From the NCBI GenBank assembly GCA_001820485.1, contig MHPU01000020.1, positions 11,589 to 50,320 of the forward strand: a stretch of DNA of 38,732 bases, in the 5' to 3' direction. The notes under the pieces were generated by a model. It did not search any database. It was not told where the DNA came from and saw only the letters and a list, made by a program, of their open reading frames with translations. Positions 17,987 through 27,301 of this stretch are shown here, in pieces (positions within the stretch are counted from its first letter, which is position 1; every line of letters begins with the position of its first letter). The position numbers and the translations under genes are program-made. The DNA comes from Candidatus Staskawiczbacteria bacterium RIFOXYD1_FULL_32_13. Lineage in GTDB: Bacteria; Patescibacteriota; Minisyncoccia; Minisyncoccales; Staskawiczbacteraceae.

Positions 17987-18508
17987 ATGATTATCTTAGG
18001 GATCGATCCCGGAACCGCCACAATTGGATATGCAATAATAAAAAAAATAAAAGATTGCAAAGCTATAGATGATAAAAGGTTTGAGGTACTTGATTTTGGA
18101 TGTATTACAACTTTAACTAATTTTACAACCGGAGAAAGATTACAGCAAATTCATGACCAAATAAATGCTTTAATAAAAAAACATAAACCAGACTTAATCT
18201 CTGTTGAAAGTTTATATTTTTTTAAAAATTTAAAAACTGTAATGCCTGTAAGCCAAGCAAAAGGAGTTATTTTATTATCTGCTGCCCAAAAGAAAATCCC
18301 TGTATTAGAATTTACTCCACTTCAAATGAAAATGACAATAGCTGGCTATGGAAGAGCAGAAAAAAAACAAGTTCAAGAAATGACAAAAAAACTATTAGAT
18401 TTAAGTAGTTTTAATATGAAAGAAAATAATAGAAATAAAGATGATGCAGCTGATGCATTAGGAGTAGCAATCTGTGCTGGCCTTCATAATAAATTTTTAA
18501 TAAATTAA
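17987..18508 (+). CDS. ruvC: Holliday junction resolvase RuvC
   Basis: ILGIDPG, GYGRAEKKQV, DDAADALGVA. Confidence 0.95.
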   Translation: MIILGIDPGTATIGYAIIKKIKDCKAIDDKRFEVLDFGCITTLTNFTTGERLQQIHDQINALIKKHKPDLISVESLYFFKNLKTVMPVSQAKGVILLSAAQKKIPVLEFTPLQMKMTIAGYGRAEKKQVQEMTKKLLDLSSFNMKENNRNKDDAADALGVAICAGLHNKFLIN

Positions 18509-18652
18509 TATACCAATAAATTGTAAGCTTATATCTGTTTCTTTATTATATTCTAAATTACCAAATGATAAATATACTACATTAAAATCACTTTCTTTAT
18601 ACGTTTTTTCCATAGTAGAGAACTAAATTTGATAATTTTTATCAACATATAT

Positions 18653-18681
18653 TTTACAAATCAATAAAATTAGTATATAAT
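18653..18681 (+). promoter_or_regulatory. Sigma70 promoter
   Basis: TTTACA-17 nt-TATAAT. Confidence 0.6.
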
Positions 18682-18731
18682 AATCTTGCAGTTCATTGAC
18701 AACCAATCAAACTTTCGAACATGGAGGACTT

Positions 18732-19097
18732 ATGACAATCAGGGTTCTGATAAAAAATTTCAAAAGCAATGGCTTTACTGATCCAAAGTGGATCAAAAGA
18801 GCTAAAGCAGATGTTGAAGCTTTTTATGAAGATCATGAAGTTGTCTTTATTTCTAGTGACGAAGAAGACAATAAGCTTGGCAGTATTTCTGCAGAAGCAG
18901 AACATCACAACTGCCAGGCAGTTTTGTGGACAGAACTGGTAAAAAAAGATTCTTTAACTTCCACAAAAACTTTTTTGGGTTTAGGCATCCATCTTTGCCC
19001 AATTTCGCTAATTGTAGCAATCCAAGAAAGAGGAAGATACAACAGACTAAAAAAACTTTTTGTCTCGTGGAGAAGCTCCGGTCAGATTCATCATTGA
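18732..19097 (+). CDS. Hypothetical protein, cassette-like
   Basis: GGAGG at 18723-18727 precedes the ATG at 18732; weak hairpin plus T-tract near 19114-19142. Confidence 0.6.
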   Translation: MTIRVLIKNFKSNGFTDPKWIKRAKADVEAFYEDHEVVFISSDEEDNKLGSISAEAEHHNCQAVLWTELVKKDSLTSTKTFLGLGIHLCPISLIVAIQERGRYNRLKKLFVSWRSSGQIHH

Positions 19098-19174
19098 AAT
19101 TACGCTTAACATTGCCCTGCTATTTTGTGGGGTTCTTTTTTTACAAAAATAAATTAAAATGATATAATATAAAT

Positions 19175-19618
19175 ATGGAAATTATAAAAGCAAAACTAAA
19201 AGACAAGCTGGGCATAAAAGAAATTGCCAACTTACTTAAAATTGATACTATGTCTGATACTGATTTTGTTTGGAATAAAGATGATTTCATAGAAAAACAA
19301 ATTAATAATGAAGAATATTTTATTGTCAAAGATAATGACAGAATTGTTGGAATTATGAGTTTTCGCCAAAGACAGGATATAATGTATATAGAAACAATGG
19401 CAATAATAAAAGAGTTCCAATCAAAAGGGATGGGCACGCAGTTTATTAATTTTGCCAAAAAATACACTTTAGAAAATAATCTAAACACTTTGAGAGCTTA
19501 TACTTTTTATAAATATAATACTAAAGAATTTTATTTAAAAAAAGGTTTTACTTTATTAAATAAAATAGGGAAATATGGCAAAGAAAAATATTATAGATTT
19601 GAAATGAAAATAAACTAA
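19175..19618 (+). CDS. GNAT family N-acetyltransferase
   Basis: FQSKGMGTQFI acetyl-CoA motif; FYLKKGF. Confidence 0.9.
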   Translation: MEIIKAKLKDKLGIKEIANLLKIDTMSDTDFVWNKDDFIEKQINNEEYFIVKDNDRIVGIMSFRQRQDIMYIETMAIIKEFQSKGMGTQFINFAKKYTLENNLNTLRAYTFYKYNTKEFYLKKGFTLLNKIGKYGKEKYYRFEMKIN

Positions 19619-19621
19619 CAA

Positions 19622-19650
19622 AAAACTGCGAAAACATATCGCAGTTTTTT
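19622..19650. terminator. Bidirectional terminator
   Basis: AAAAACTGCGA/TCGCAGTTTTT. Confidence 0.7.
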
Positions 19651-19662
19651 ATTTATAATTTA

Positions 19663-20775
19663 TTATTTAAATTTTAGTTTTGATCCCAATATATAACCTG
19701 ATAAAGGATTTTTACCTCCTCTAATATCAAAATGTAAATGACAACCAGTTGATATTCCAGCTCCTGCCATTCCTTTACCACCACCAACTAAGGCAATTCT
19801 ATCTCCTGTTTTTACAACATCTCCTGGTTTTACAAAAGCTGTCATAAAATGTCCATAATAAGAAACTACTCCGTTTGAATGCAATATTGTAATGTAATTT
19901 CCTCCACCTAAATTCCAGCCATAAGCCACTCTTTGGACTGTGCCATAAGCTGCAGCATAAAATGGGGTCCCGCATTTATTTGCAATATCAATTGCATTAT
20001 AAAAATGTAATTTTTGACTTATTGTACCCTCTACAGGAATTATAAAGAAGTTATTTGCAATTGGAGCTTGAGTAATTGAAGGGACTGGTTTTTGTGGCAT
20101 TACTCCACCAGGAACAATCAAAATATCTCCAAGAAATATATCATTTTCATTATTAAAACTATTAAAAGAAACTATATCATCAACTTTTACTTTATAAGTT
20201 TTAGCTATATCTGAAATTGTGTCCCCTGATTTTACAATATGCAAAAGCCCAGAAACTGGTAAAATAACAATTGTTTGGCCAACTTTTAATGTAGAATTTT
20301 TTGTTAAATTATTTGACCACAATATAGTATTTATTGATATATTAAAATTTTGTGCAATAGACTCAAAAGTGTCTCCAGGGAGGACTGTATATTCAACAAT
20401 TTCTTTTGAATTTTGCAAATCTTCACCAAAAATAGATCCTAAAACCTGAGTACTTAAAACTCTATAAGAAGCAATTCCATAAACACTGTTATCTTCAATT
20501 ATTTTTAAATCTGGAACTTCTAAAGCCAAAATATTTTTAGAATTTAAAAATAAGCTATCTTTTGTTACTCCCTCTGACCCTTCTAAAAAAGAATTTAAAA
20601 AAACACTCTTATTTTTTAAGGTGTCATTAAAATCTGAAAAATTTTCAAATCCAAAACAAACAAATGCAAACAAAAGAAAAGAAATCATTCCAAAATAAAA
20701 CAAAGGATTCTTTAAAACCCTTTTTGGTCTGTTTACTTTTTGTTTATTTTTTTTGGAAAAATCAAGTGTCCCCAT
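19663..20775 (-). CDS. Two-LysM M23 family peptidase
   Basis: YTVLPGDTFESIAQNF, HIVKSGDTISDIAKTY, YYGH, STGCHLHF. Start set to the ATG at 20775. Confidence 0.9.
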   Translation of the reverse strand: MGTLDFSKKNKQKVNRPKRVLKNPLFYFGMISFLLFAFVCFGFENFSDFNDTLKNKSVFLNSFLEGSEGVTKDSLFLNSKNILALEVPDLKIIEDNSVYGIASYRVLSTQVLGSIFGEDLQNSKEIVEYTVLPGDTFESIAQNFNISINTILWSNNLTKNSTLKVGQTIVILPVSGLLHIVKSGDTISDIAKTYKVKVDDIVSFNSFNNENDIFLGDILIVPGGVMPQKPVPSITQAPIANNFFIIPVEGTISQKLHFYNAIDIANKCGTPFYAAAYGTVQRVAYGWNLGGGNYITILHSNGVVSYYGHFMTAFVKPGDVVKTGDRIALVGGGKGMAGAGISTGCHLHFDIRGGKNPLSGYILGSKLKFK

Positions 20776-20848
20776 TAAAACTAGTGTATCATTTAGAGGC
20801 GAGCTAGTCAAGTTTTTTATCCACACTTTTATATGGTATAATAACATC

Positions 20849-21811
20849 ATGAATTTAACCTCGCCTATAGCAATCAAAGAAATTTTAGAAAAATACCAGA
20901 TTAAACCATCAAAAAGTTTAGGTCAAAACTTTTTAATTGATAAAAATATTTTAGATAAAATTATTCTGGCAGGTAATTTATCAAAACAAGATGTTGTTTT
21001 GGAGGTAGGGCCTGGTCTTGGAGCTCTTACGCAAGAACTAGCAAAATCAGCTGGCAAAGTAATTGCTATAGAAAAAGACCACGATATGATAAATATTCTT
21101 TCTGAAACTTTAAAAGAATTTGAAAATATAGAAATTATAGAAGGTGACGCATTGGAAATTCTTATTTCATCGTCATTGCGAGGAAGCTCGCAAGCTGACG
21201 AAGCAATCCAGAATGAGTGCACAGACTCTAGATTGCCACGCTCGTCGCCTGCAGAGCAGGCGAACTTCACTCGCAATGACAAAACTGATATTTTTCAAAA
21301 TTATAAAGTTGTTGCCAACATTCCTTATTATTTAACTTCTCACTTAATCCGAACATTTTTAGAATGTAAAAATCCACCAGAAGAAATTATTTTACTTATT
21401 CAAAAAGAAGTAGCTTTAAGAATTTGCGCTAAACCTCCAGAAATGAGTTTGCTTGCTGTATCAGTTCAATTTTATGCAAAAGTAAAAATTATTTCTTATG
21501 TTTCAAAAAATTGTTTTCTACCAGCCCCTAAAGTTGATTCAGCAATAATTAAAATAACTCCACATATAATAGAAGGGGATAAAGAATTAAATAATTTTTC
21601 AGGGGAAGAGTTTTTCAAAATTGTAAAAGCTGGATTTTCTCATCCAAGAAAACAGCTAGCGAATAATTTTATAACGTCTCTTAAATTAAATAGAAAGCAA
21701 GTTGAGGAGTGGCTTTTAAAAAATAATATTAAACCAAACCAAAGAGCAGAAACACTATCCATAAAAGATTGGAGAAACTTAGTAGAAAGTTTTCCACAGT
21801 TTGACAGCTAA
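20849..21811 (+). CDS. rsmA: 16S rRNA dimethyltransferase RsmA/KsgA with a repeat-derived insertion
   Basis: SLGQNFLID, LEVGPGLG, VANIPYY, PAPKVDS, RAETLS. Start set to the ATG at 20849. Confidence 0.95.
   Translation: MNLTSPIAIKEILEKYQIKPSKSLGQNFLIDKNILDKIILAGNLSKQDVVLEVGPGLGALTQELAKSAGKVIAIEKDHDMINILSETLKEFENIEIIEGDALEILISSSLRGSSQADEAIQNECTDSRLPRSSPAEQANFTRNDKTDIFQNYKVVANIPYYLTSHLIRTFLECKNPPEEIILLIQKEVALRICAKPPEMSLLAVSVQFYAKVKIISYVSKNCFLPAPKVDSAIIKITPHIIEGDKELNNFSGEEFFKIVKAGFSHPRKQLANNFITSLKLNRKQVEEWLLKNNIKPNQRAETLSIKDWRNLVESFPQFDS
21172..21280. repeat. Palindromic element, family B, inside rsmA, with a nested hairpin
   Basis: GTCATTGCGAG...CTCGCAATGAC; inner TCGCCTGC-AGA-GCAGGCGA. Confidence 0.9.
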
Positions 21812-21847
21812 CACTAATAACTTGTTTTATGATATACTTTAAATATG

Positions 21848-21893
21848 AATATACCGCATATTTGCCACGACCGTAGAATTTTTGCGGTATAAA
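21848..21893 (+). repeat. 46-bp direct repeat, copy 1
   Basis: AATATACCGCATATTTGCCACGACCGTAGAATTTTTGCGGTATAAA, identical to 22502-22547. Confidence 0.95.
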
Positions 21894-21928
21894 ATTTTAT
21901 TTTTTTACTTTCTAGATACTTTTAAAAT

Positions 21929-22477
21929 ATGTCTTATTCTACTAATCAAAAAATATTATTCACATTATTGGGTTTGATTGCTACTGGTTTTTGTCACACG
22001 CCAGGGCAACAAAGGAGAGCTTTCCGAGAAATTGGGAAAATTTGGGAGAAAAATACAAACAACAAAACATTAGACAATCAAATAGATAATCTTTATCGCT
22101 CCAAATTAGTAAAACGCAAAATAAACAAAGATGGCACAATCACTTTAACTCTTACAGATAAAGGTAAGATGAAGGCTTTAACCTACAAATTTGAAGAGAT
22201 GAAGCTATCTAAGAAGAAAGACTGGGACGGCAAATGGCACATAGTGTTTTTTGATATTCCAGAAAAACAAAGGGTAGCCAGAGATATATTTAGAGATAAA
22301 ATTAAAAAAATTGGGTTTTATGAATTGCAACATAGTGTATTTGCTTTTCCTTATGAATGTGAGAATGAAATAGAATATATAATCGAAACGTATAAAATCT
22401 CAAAATGGGTAAGGTTTGGTATTTTAGAGAAGATTGACAACGATATTTATTTGAGAAATTTTTTTGGAATTAAATAA
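21929..22477 (+). CDS. PaaX-like protein (winged-helix-like region plus Cas2-like domain)
   Basis: LTLTDKGK wing, then WDGKWHIVFFDIPEKQRVARDIFR...IGFYELQHSVF. Confidence 0.8.
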   Translation: MSYSTNQKILFTLLGLIATGFCHTPGQQRRAFREIGKIWEKNTNNKTLDNQIDNLYRSKLVKRKINKDGTITLTLTDKGKMKALTYKFEEMKLSKKKDWDGKWHIVFFDIPEKQRVARDIFRDKIKKIGFYELQHSVFAFPYECENEIEYIIETYKISKWVRFGILEKIDNDIYLRNFFGIK

Positions 22478-22501
22478 GCAAAAAATAATATCTATAATAT
22501 A

Positions 22502-22547
22502 AATATACCGCATATTTGCCACGACCGTAGAATTTTTGCGGTATAAA
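22502..22547 (+). repeat. 46-bp direct repeat, copy 2
   Basis: Identical to 21848-21893; begins 24 nt after the stop codon. Confidence 0.95.
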
Positions 22548-22650
22548 TAAATTATAAAAAGTGTGATATTGATATAAATAAAGACATTAAAAAAATGACC
22601 ATTTAAAAACATATAAAATAGTTATTCACATGTGAGCTTGTTCTTTTTAT

Positions 22651-22679
22651 TTGCTTGATTTTTTAATTAGATGTATAAT
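22651..22679 (+). promoter_or_regulatory. Sigma70-like promoter, preceded by TTATTCACA (22622-22630)
   Basis: TTGCTT-17 nt-TATAAT upstream of the 22713 ORF. Confidence 0.5.
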
Positions 22680-22712
22680 TATTTAATATTTTAATTCTCT
22701 AAAAATATATTT

Positions 22713-24698
22713 ATGGCTTTGCAAATCAAAAGTTTGTTTTCTCAAATCTCTAAGAACATTTTAAATATTTTTAAAGGCAAAAGATTTTTTGTAATAATTC
22801 TTTTGTTTTTTGTTACACTTGGCCTTATTATGCCTCAAACTTCCCTTGCTGTTGCATGTGGAACTGATAATAAATATCTTGAATTTTTTTGCGATTTGGC
22901 GAATCCTATTACTGGCCCATTAGCTATGTTAACAGGAGAAGATCCAATGACTGGCTTTTTGGCAAAAGGTTTTATAATCGCATTTGGAACAATTGCAATA
23001 ACAATTTCTTCTATATTATCAAATTGGGCTGCAGGAATTTTGCTGTGGGTGATGTCTACAGGAATAAATATTAGTTATACAGGATTTGATAATCCTGTTG
23101 TTGCTGCGGGCTGGCCAATAATGAGAGATTTAGCAAATATGTTTGTGGTTTTGGGTTTTGTAATTATTGGTCTTGCAACAATTTTAAGACTTAAAAACTA
23201 TGAAGCACAAAAACTTTTACCAAGATTAATTGTTGTAGCTCTTTTAATAAACTTTTCTTTAGTAATTTGTGGATTTTTTATTGATGCTTCAAATATTGCT
23301 ATCGGTACTCTTTTTAAGGGGGGTGGTTATCTTGAAAGATCAACATTATCACAAACGGGTAAAGACTTAAGTACAATTTGGAGTTCAAATTTTTTTAATA
23401 AATCTCCAGCAACTTTTTTAGCTATAGTCACGGGAATGGTTATAAAAAATTATATTTCTTTATTTATATTTATAGCTTATGCTTTTTTATTTTTATTAAG
23501 ATATATGATGCTTTGGATTTTAGTTACCTTTTCTCCACTAGCTTTTGTGTGTGCTGTTTTTCCGATGTCTCAACAATTATATAAAAAATGGCGAGATAAT
23601 TTTATACAATGGTGTATAATAGGAATGCCTGCAGGGTTCTTTCTATTTGTTGCAGATAAATTAACCTCAAGACTTTGGAATACAACAACAGTCTCTTCTG
23701 TAGCAAGTGCATCAATGGTAAGCAATGCAGCGGAAATAATTATTGCAATTATTCCTGCTCTTTTTTTGGGAGCAGGATTCTTATTTTCATTACAAACATC
23801 AGCAATGGGCGCAGGTATAATTACCTCTCAAGCTAAAAAAGCATGGGGTGCGAGCAATGCCTTCTTTAGTAAAAACGCCAAAGCCGGAGCCAAACTTGCA
23901 GGTGGCAAATTAGCAAACATCAGCGGTGCAAGCGGGCTTTATAATAGAGCAGGTGACAGCTTAACAAAACTTGGAGAAAGAACCGGCTTCTTAAAAATGG
24001 GGGCAGCGGCAAAAAGAAAAGCAAAACAAATGGAGGGATATGGCACAGAAATCGATTCTATGGAATCAGAAGATTTGGGCAAATCATACAAAAGAAATCC
24101 TCGGACAGAAGAAGATCGTAAAAATAATGCAAAAATTACAGAAATCCTATCTAGAAGAAAGAAACTCAAAGAAATTGGCAATGCAGACGAAATTGCTACA
24201 GCTCTTGAAAATACAGACCAATACTATGGCGGTGACAAGGCCAAAAATATAAGAAAGGAGGCAGAAAAAGCATCACCAATTTTGAAAACAAAAAATAAAG
24301 ATGCATTGGTAAAAGCTAAGGCAAGATTACCAGTTGGCGCAAGTCAAGCTGAAATAGAAAGAGAAGTATTAAGAGAAGCACACTCAGAAATGGGAGTTTC
24401 AGATATGAGAAATTTAGACGCATCTCAATTTAATTTAAGTTTTATACAAGATACTAATAACAAAACATTTGAGAGAGCTGCCCTAGAATTTTCAACAGAT
24501 CAAAAACAAAAAGCTAAAAGTTTGGTTAATGACATTAAAACAGAAATTGCAAGAATACTCGCGATTACAATACCTATTACAGATCCTGGCTTTATAGCTG
24601 CTGCTCGAAGCGCCTATTCATTATTGCCTACTGGTAATCCAAAAAGACAAATGGTATATGATTTAAATGAAAAATTAAAAATAGTTGATAAATTTTAA
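22713..24698 (+). CDS. VirB6/TrbL-like polytopic membrane protein
   Basis: GWPIMRDLAN, ALLINFSLVI, LLRYMMLWILVTFSPLAFV...KKW, then a Gly/Ala-rich segment and charged tail; near prgI and virB4. Confidence 0.75.
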   Translation: MALQIKSLFSQISKNILNIFKGKRFFVIILLFFVTLGLIMPQTSLAVACGTDNKYLEFFCDLANPITGPLAMLTGEDPMTGFLAKGFIIAFGTIAITISSILSNWAAGILLWVMSTGINISYTGFDNPVVAAGWPIMRDLANMFVVLGFVIIGLATILRLKNYEAQKLLPRLIVVALLINFSLVICGFFIDASNIAIGTLFKGGGYLERSTLSQTGKDLSTIWSSNFFNKSPATFLAIVTGMVIKNYISLFIFIAYAFLFLLRYMMLWILVTFSPLAFVCAVFPMSQQLYKKWRDNFIQWCIIGMPAGFFLFVADKLTSRLWNTTTVSSVASASMVSNAAEIIIAIIPALFLGAGFLFSLQTSAMGAGIITSQAKKAWGASNAFFSKNAKAGAKLAGGKLANISGASGLYNRAGDSLTKLGERTGFLKMGAAAKRKAKQMEGYGTEIDSMESEDLGKSYKRNPRTEEDRKNNAKITEILSRRKKLKEIGNADEIATALENTDQYYGGDKAKNIRKEAEKASPILKTKNKDALVKAKARLPVGASQAEIEREVLREAHSEMGVSDMRNLDASQFNLSFIQDTNNKTFERAALEFSTDQKQKAKSLVNDIKTEIARILAITIPITDPGFIAAARSAYSLLPTGNPKRQMVYDLNEKLKIVDKF

Positions 24699-24699
24699 T

Positions 24700-25275
24700 A
24701 TGATTACAAACACAAATAATCTTAATAAAAGAGAGGAAATTTATTTTTCTAATATTGATATTTCTAAAGATATCTCTGATATTTTAAAAAAAGTTGAGAT
24801 ACAAGAAGATCCCATAGATTCACTTTTTATGAATAATACAAAAGAAGAATCAAAAATATATTTTGTTTTAAACGCTACAAAAGATTTTGTAAAAAAAAAT
24901 ATGACCGAATATAATTTTATTAATTTATTAGAAAATAAACTTGTTATAAATAACCAAAAAGCAAAAATGATGTTTGACGATTTGAAAAAAAATCTGATAC
25001 CTTTTGCAGAAATAATAAAAATAAGTGATAATACTGAAGATATCAACACTACTAAGATGCCAAAGCTTAAACAACCTATAGAAATTGAAAAAATGTTACC
25101 AACTCAACAATATCCAGATAAAGTAAAAAAAGTTGATTTAGATGTTAAAACCTATAAAGATGACGATTTAAAATTGAAAAAAAATTTACAAAAGATTAAA
25201 AAAGAAAGATTGCCAAAAACAGAAATAAATAATAAATCTAATAAATCGGACACATACAGGGAATCTATAGAATAA
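24700..25275 (+). CDS. Hypothetical protein ending DTYRESIE
   Basis: ATG 1 nt after the upstream stop; host-like composition. Confidence 0.7.
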   Translation: MITNTNNLNKREEIYFSNIDISKDISDILKKVEIQEDPIDSLFMNNTKEESKIYFVLNATKDFVKKNMTEYNFINLLENKLVINNQKAKMMFDDLKKNLIPFAEIIKISDNTEDINTTKMPKLKQPIEIEKMLPTQQYPDKVKKVDLDVKTYKDDDLKLKKNLQKIKKERLPKTEINNKSNKSDTYRESIE

Positions 25276-25287
25276 TAAAAAAAAACA

Positions 25288-25314
25288 GGTGGTCGTACAA
25301 CATACGGCCACCTT
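25288..25314. terminator. Bidirectional terminator
   Basis: GGTGGTCGTA/TACGGCCACC stem with A- and T-tracts on either side. Confidence 0.65.
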
Positions 25315-25319
25315 TTAAA

Positions 25320-26462
25320 TCATGGCGATTCTAAATCGCCTAAATCACTCCCCGTCCCATTTTTTTCTCCTGTGTTCTTGCGACGACCACCGCTATTCTG
25401 ACCTCCGAGAAGAACGCCGGCACCTCCACCACCACCACCGATGACCACAGTGCCTGCGTTTTCAAGACCGTGAACCTCTTGATATTGTCCTCCAGCCTTT
25501 AGATAAGCTCTCCTTGCCAGCTCACGTTGTTTCTCATCAATCTGCTCTTGAGAAGCCTTGGGGTGGACTTTTTTCCAAGCTTCCAGTGCTTGGTTTGTAT
25601 CATCAAGCAATGTGGCACTCGCCTCTGCCTGATGCTTTGCTGCCTTGGCTTTTTGCTCCGCCTCGTACGGAGCAAGAGTGATATTTCTCCAATTATCTGG
25701 AGGATCAATACTTGCCAAGTCAATAGACGAAATATCCAATCCACAGAGCTTGAGGATCTTTTCAATAGACGAAAGACCATCGTCGCCACGCGCGTTCATT
25801 GCCTCATTCAAAAGCGTGTTGACTACATCCTTCATCCTTCGTCTTGCCGCTTCCTCTGTTTCTTCGGTTGCCTCGGTGCTTCCGACAGCTTCCGCGTAAG
25901 AAACCTCGTCTAAGGCATTTCGTAGCCTTGGCATTACTTCCATATTCATAGAAGCATACCAATCGCTTTCGCTAAAGAACGAAACGCGTGGCCTTCTCAT
26001 GCGGGCTTTAACTATCACGAGCCCGTGCATATGCAGGCCGTTTTTATCCTCCACGTCTTTGAATGGAACGGCGTAAGGATAACGCGTTGACTTGAAGCTA
26101 TTAACACCTTCGTCTTCATGAACTTTTGCTTCGACGGCTCCATCCTCCTTTACGACCGCCTTCAAAAAGCTCATCTTGCGAGAGTGCAGAGTGTGTATTC
26201 CTGGAATACCAATCACGTGGAATCCCGGCTTGATAATCCTGTGAAACTTCCCTGCTTTCAAAACAATCCTAAACCATCCTTGCTCAACGAAAGTAAAGAT
26301 AATGTTGTGATTTGCAAGATAAATCACAGTTGGGTATGCCATAGCCAATGCAACGAGACTGCCCATGCCAAACGGCCACCACGGACCAAACAACAAGGCG
26401 ATGGGCAGAACGACAAACAAAACGATTGCCAAACCGACAACAACTTGCATGCGATTACTCAT
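25320..26462 (-). CDS. SPFH/band-7 domain membrane protein, GC-richer cassette
   Basis: Two TM helices; GKFHRIIKPGFH; GLDISSIDLASIDPP; AEQKAKAAKHQAEA. AAGGAG before the ATG at 26462. Confidence 0.75.
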   Translation of the reverse strand: MSNRMQVVVGLAIVLFVVLPIALLFGPWWPFGMGSLVALAMAYPTVIYLANHNIIFTFVEQGWFRIVLKAGKFHRIIKPGFHVIGIPGIHTLHSRKMSFLKAVVKEDGAVEAKVHEDEGVNSFKSTRYPYAVPFKDVEDKNGLHMHGLVIVKARMRRPRVSFFSESDWYASMNMEVMPRLRNALDEVSYAEAVGSTEATEETEEAARRRMKDVVNTLLNEAMNARGDDGLSSIEKILKLCGLDISSIDLASIDPPDNWRNITLAPYEAEQKAKAAKHQAEASATLLDDTNQALEAWKKVHPKASQEQIDEKQRELARRAYLKAGGQYQEVHGLENAGTVVIGGGGGGAGVLLGGQNSGGRRKNTGEKNGTGSDLGDLESP

Positions 26463-26569
26463 TCTGAACTCCTTCGCGAAAGCGACTAAACGGTGATTCA
26501 ACACATATCCAATTGTCAAGGAACATCCTTAACTTTTTTGCCTGAAAAACACTTTCAAGCTACAATTTA

Positions 26570-26598
26570 ATTATAGCATAAAACAATATCCCTGTCAA
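26570..26598 (-). promoter_or_regulatory. Consensus sigma70 promoter for the SPFH gene
   Basis: TTGACA-17 nt (ending TGC)-TATAAT. Confidence 0.8.
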
Positions 26599-26656
26599 GG
26601 TATTTACATATAACTTAAAAGGAATTATAGTAAAATTAAGCTAAATAAATAATCAT

Positions 26657-26944
26657 ATGAAAAATATTTTATTAGAATTTAATCTACCAATGTCCATTTT
26701 AAAAGAGGGTAAAAAATTTATTGCCTACACACCGGTGCTAGATTTGTCTACTTCGGGGAATAATTATGAACAAGCTAAAAATCGATTTACTGAAATTGTG
26801 GAAATTTTCTTTGAAGAAATAATCAAAAAAAATACTATAGAAGAAGTCTTAACTGATTTGGGGTGGAAAAAAAATCAAACTAAATGGACCCCACCAATTG
26901 TTATCTCAAACGAATTACAAAACATTAAATTAGCTTGCCGATAA
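26657..26944 (+). CDS. hicB: HicB-like antitoxin (short)
   Basis: KEGKKFIAYTPVLDLSTSGNNYEQAKNRFTE; abuts hicA (TAAATG). Confidence 0.75.
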   Translation: MKNILLEFNLPMSILKEGKKFIAYTPVLDLSTSGNNYEQAKNRFTEIVEIFFEEIIKKNTIEEVLTDLGWKKNQTKWTPPIVISNELQNIKLACR

Positions 26945-27175
26945 ATGCCAAGAATAATCCCTATAAACTGGAAAAGATTTGAAAAATTTGTCCTTTTTGT
27001 GGGATGTGTTTTTGAGAGAGAAAAGGGCGATCACAGAATTTACAGCCGAAAAGATTTACCAAGACCCATTGTTTTCCCAAGAGATAATGAATTACCAATT
27101 TTTATTATAAGGAATAATCTTAGAGTGCTTAAAATTAGCCCAGAAGAATATATTGATATTTTAAAAAGAATATAA
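26945..27175 (+). CDS. hicA: HicA-like mRNA interferase toxin
   Basis: GCVFEREKGDHRIYSR...PIVFP...IIRNNLR. Confidence 0.85.
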   Translation: MPRIIPINWKRFEKFVLFVGCVFEREKGDHRIYSRKDLPRPIVFPRDNELPIFIIRNNLRVLKISPEEYIDILKRI

Positions 27176-27301
27176 AATTTATAAATTTTGATTTATCTAT
27201 GATGCAAGCATTATTGCTTGTTTTTTTGTTGCTATTTTTGGGTTATTCACAGAGCTATGTATATTGATTGTTTTTTAGATGTGGTATAATAACTTAATGT
27301 A

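Noticed and set aside
18497-18613. 38-aa minus-strand ORF (MEKTYKESDF...) after ruvC
   Set aside because: Short, no recognisable motif; may be a remnant but cannot be supported.
20753-20877. Overlapping divergent starts of rsmA and the M23 gene
   Set aside because: Artefact of longest-ORF calling; ATGs at 20849 and 20775 leave a normal 73-bp promoter gap.
21848-22547. CRISPR array with cas2
   Set aside because: Only two repeats, separated by 608 bp containing a gene; no cas1 or effector genes in the window.
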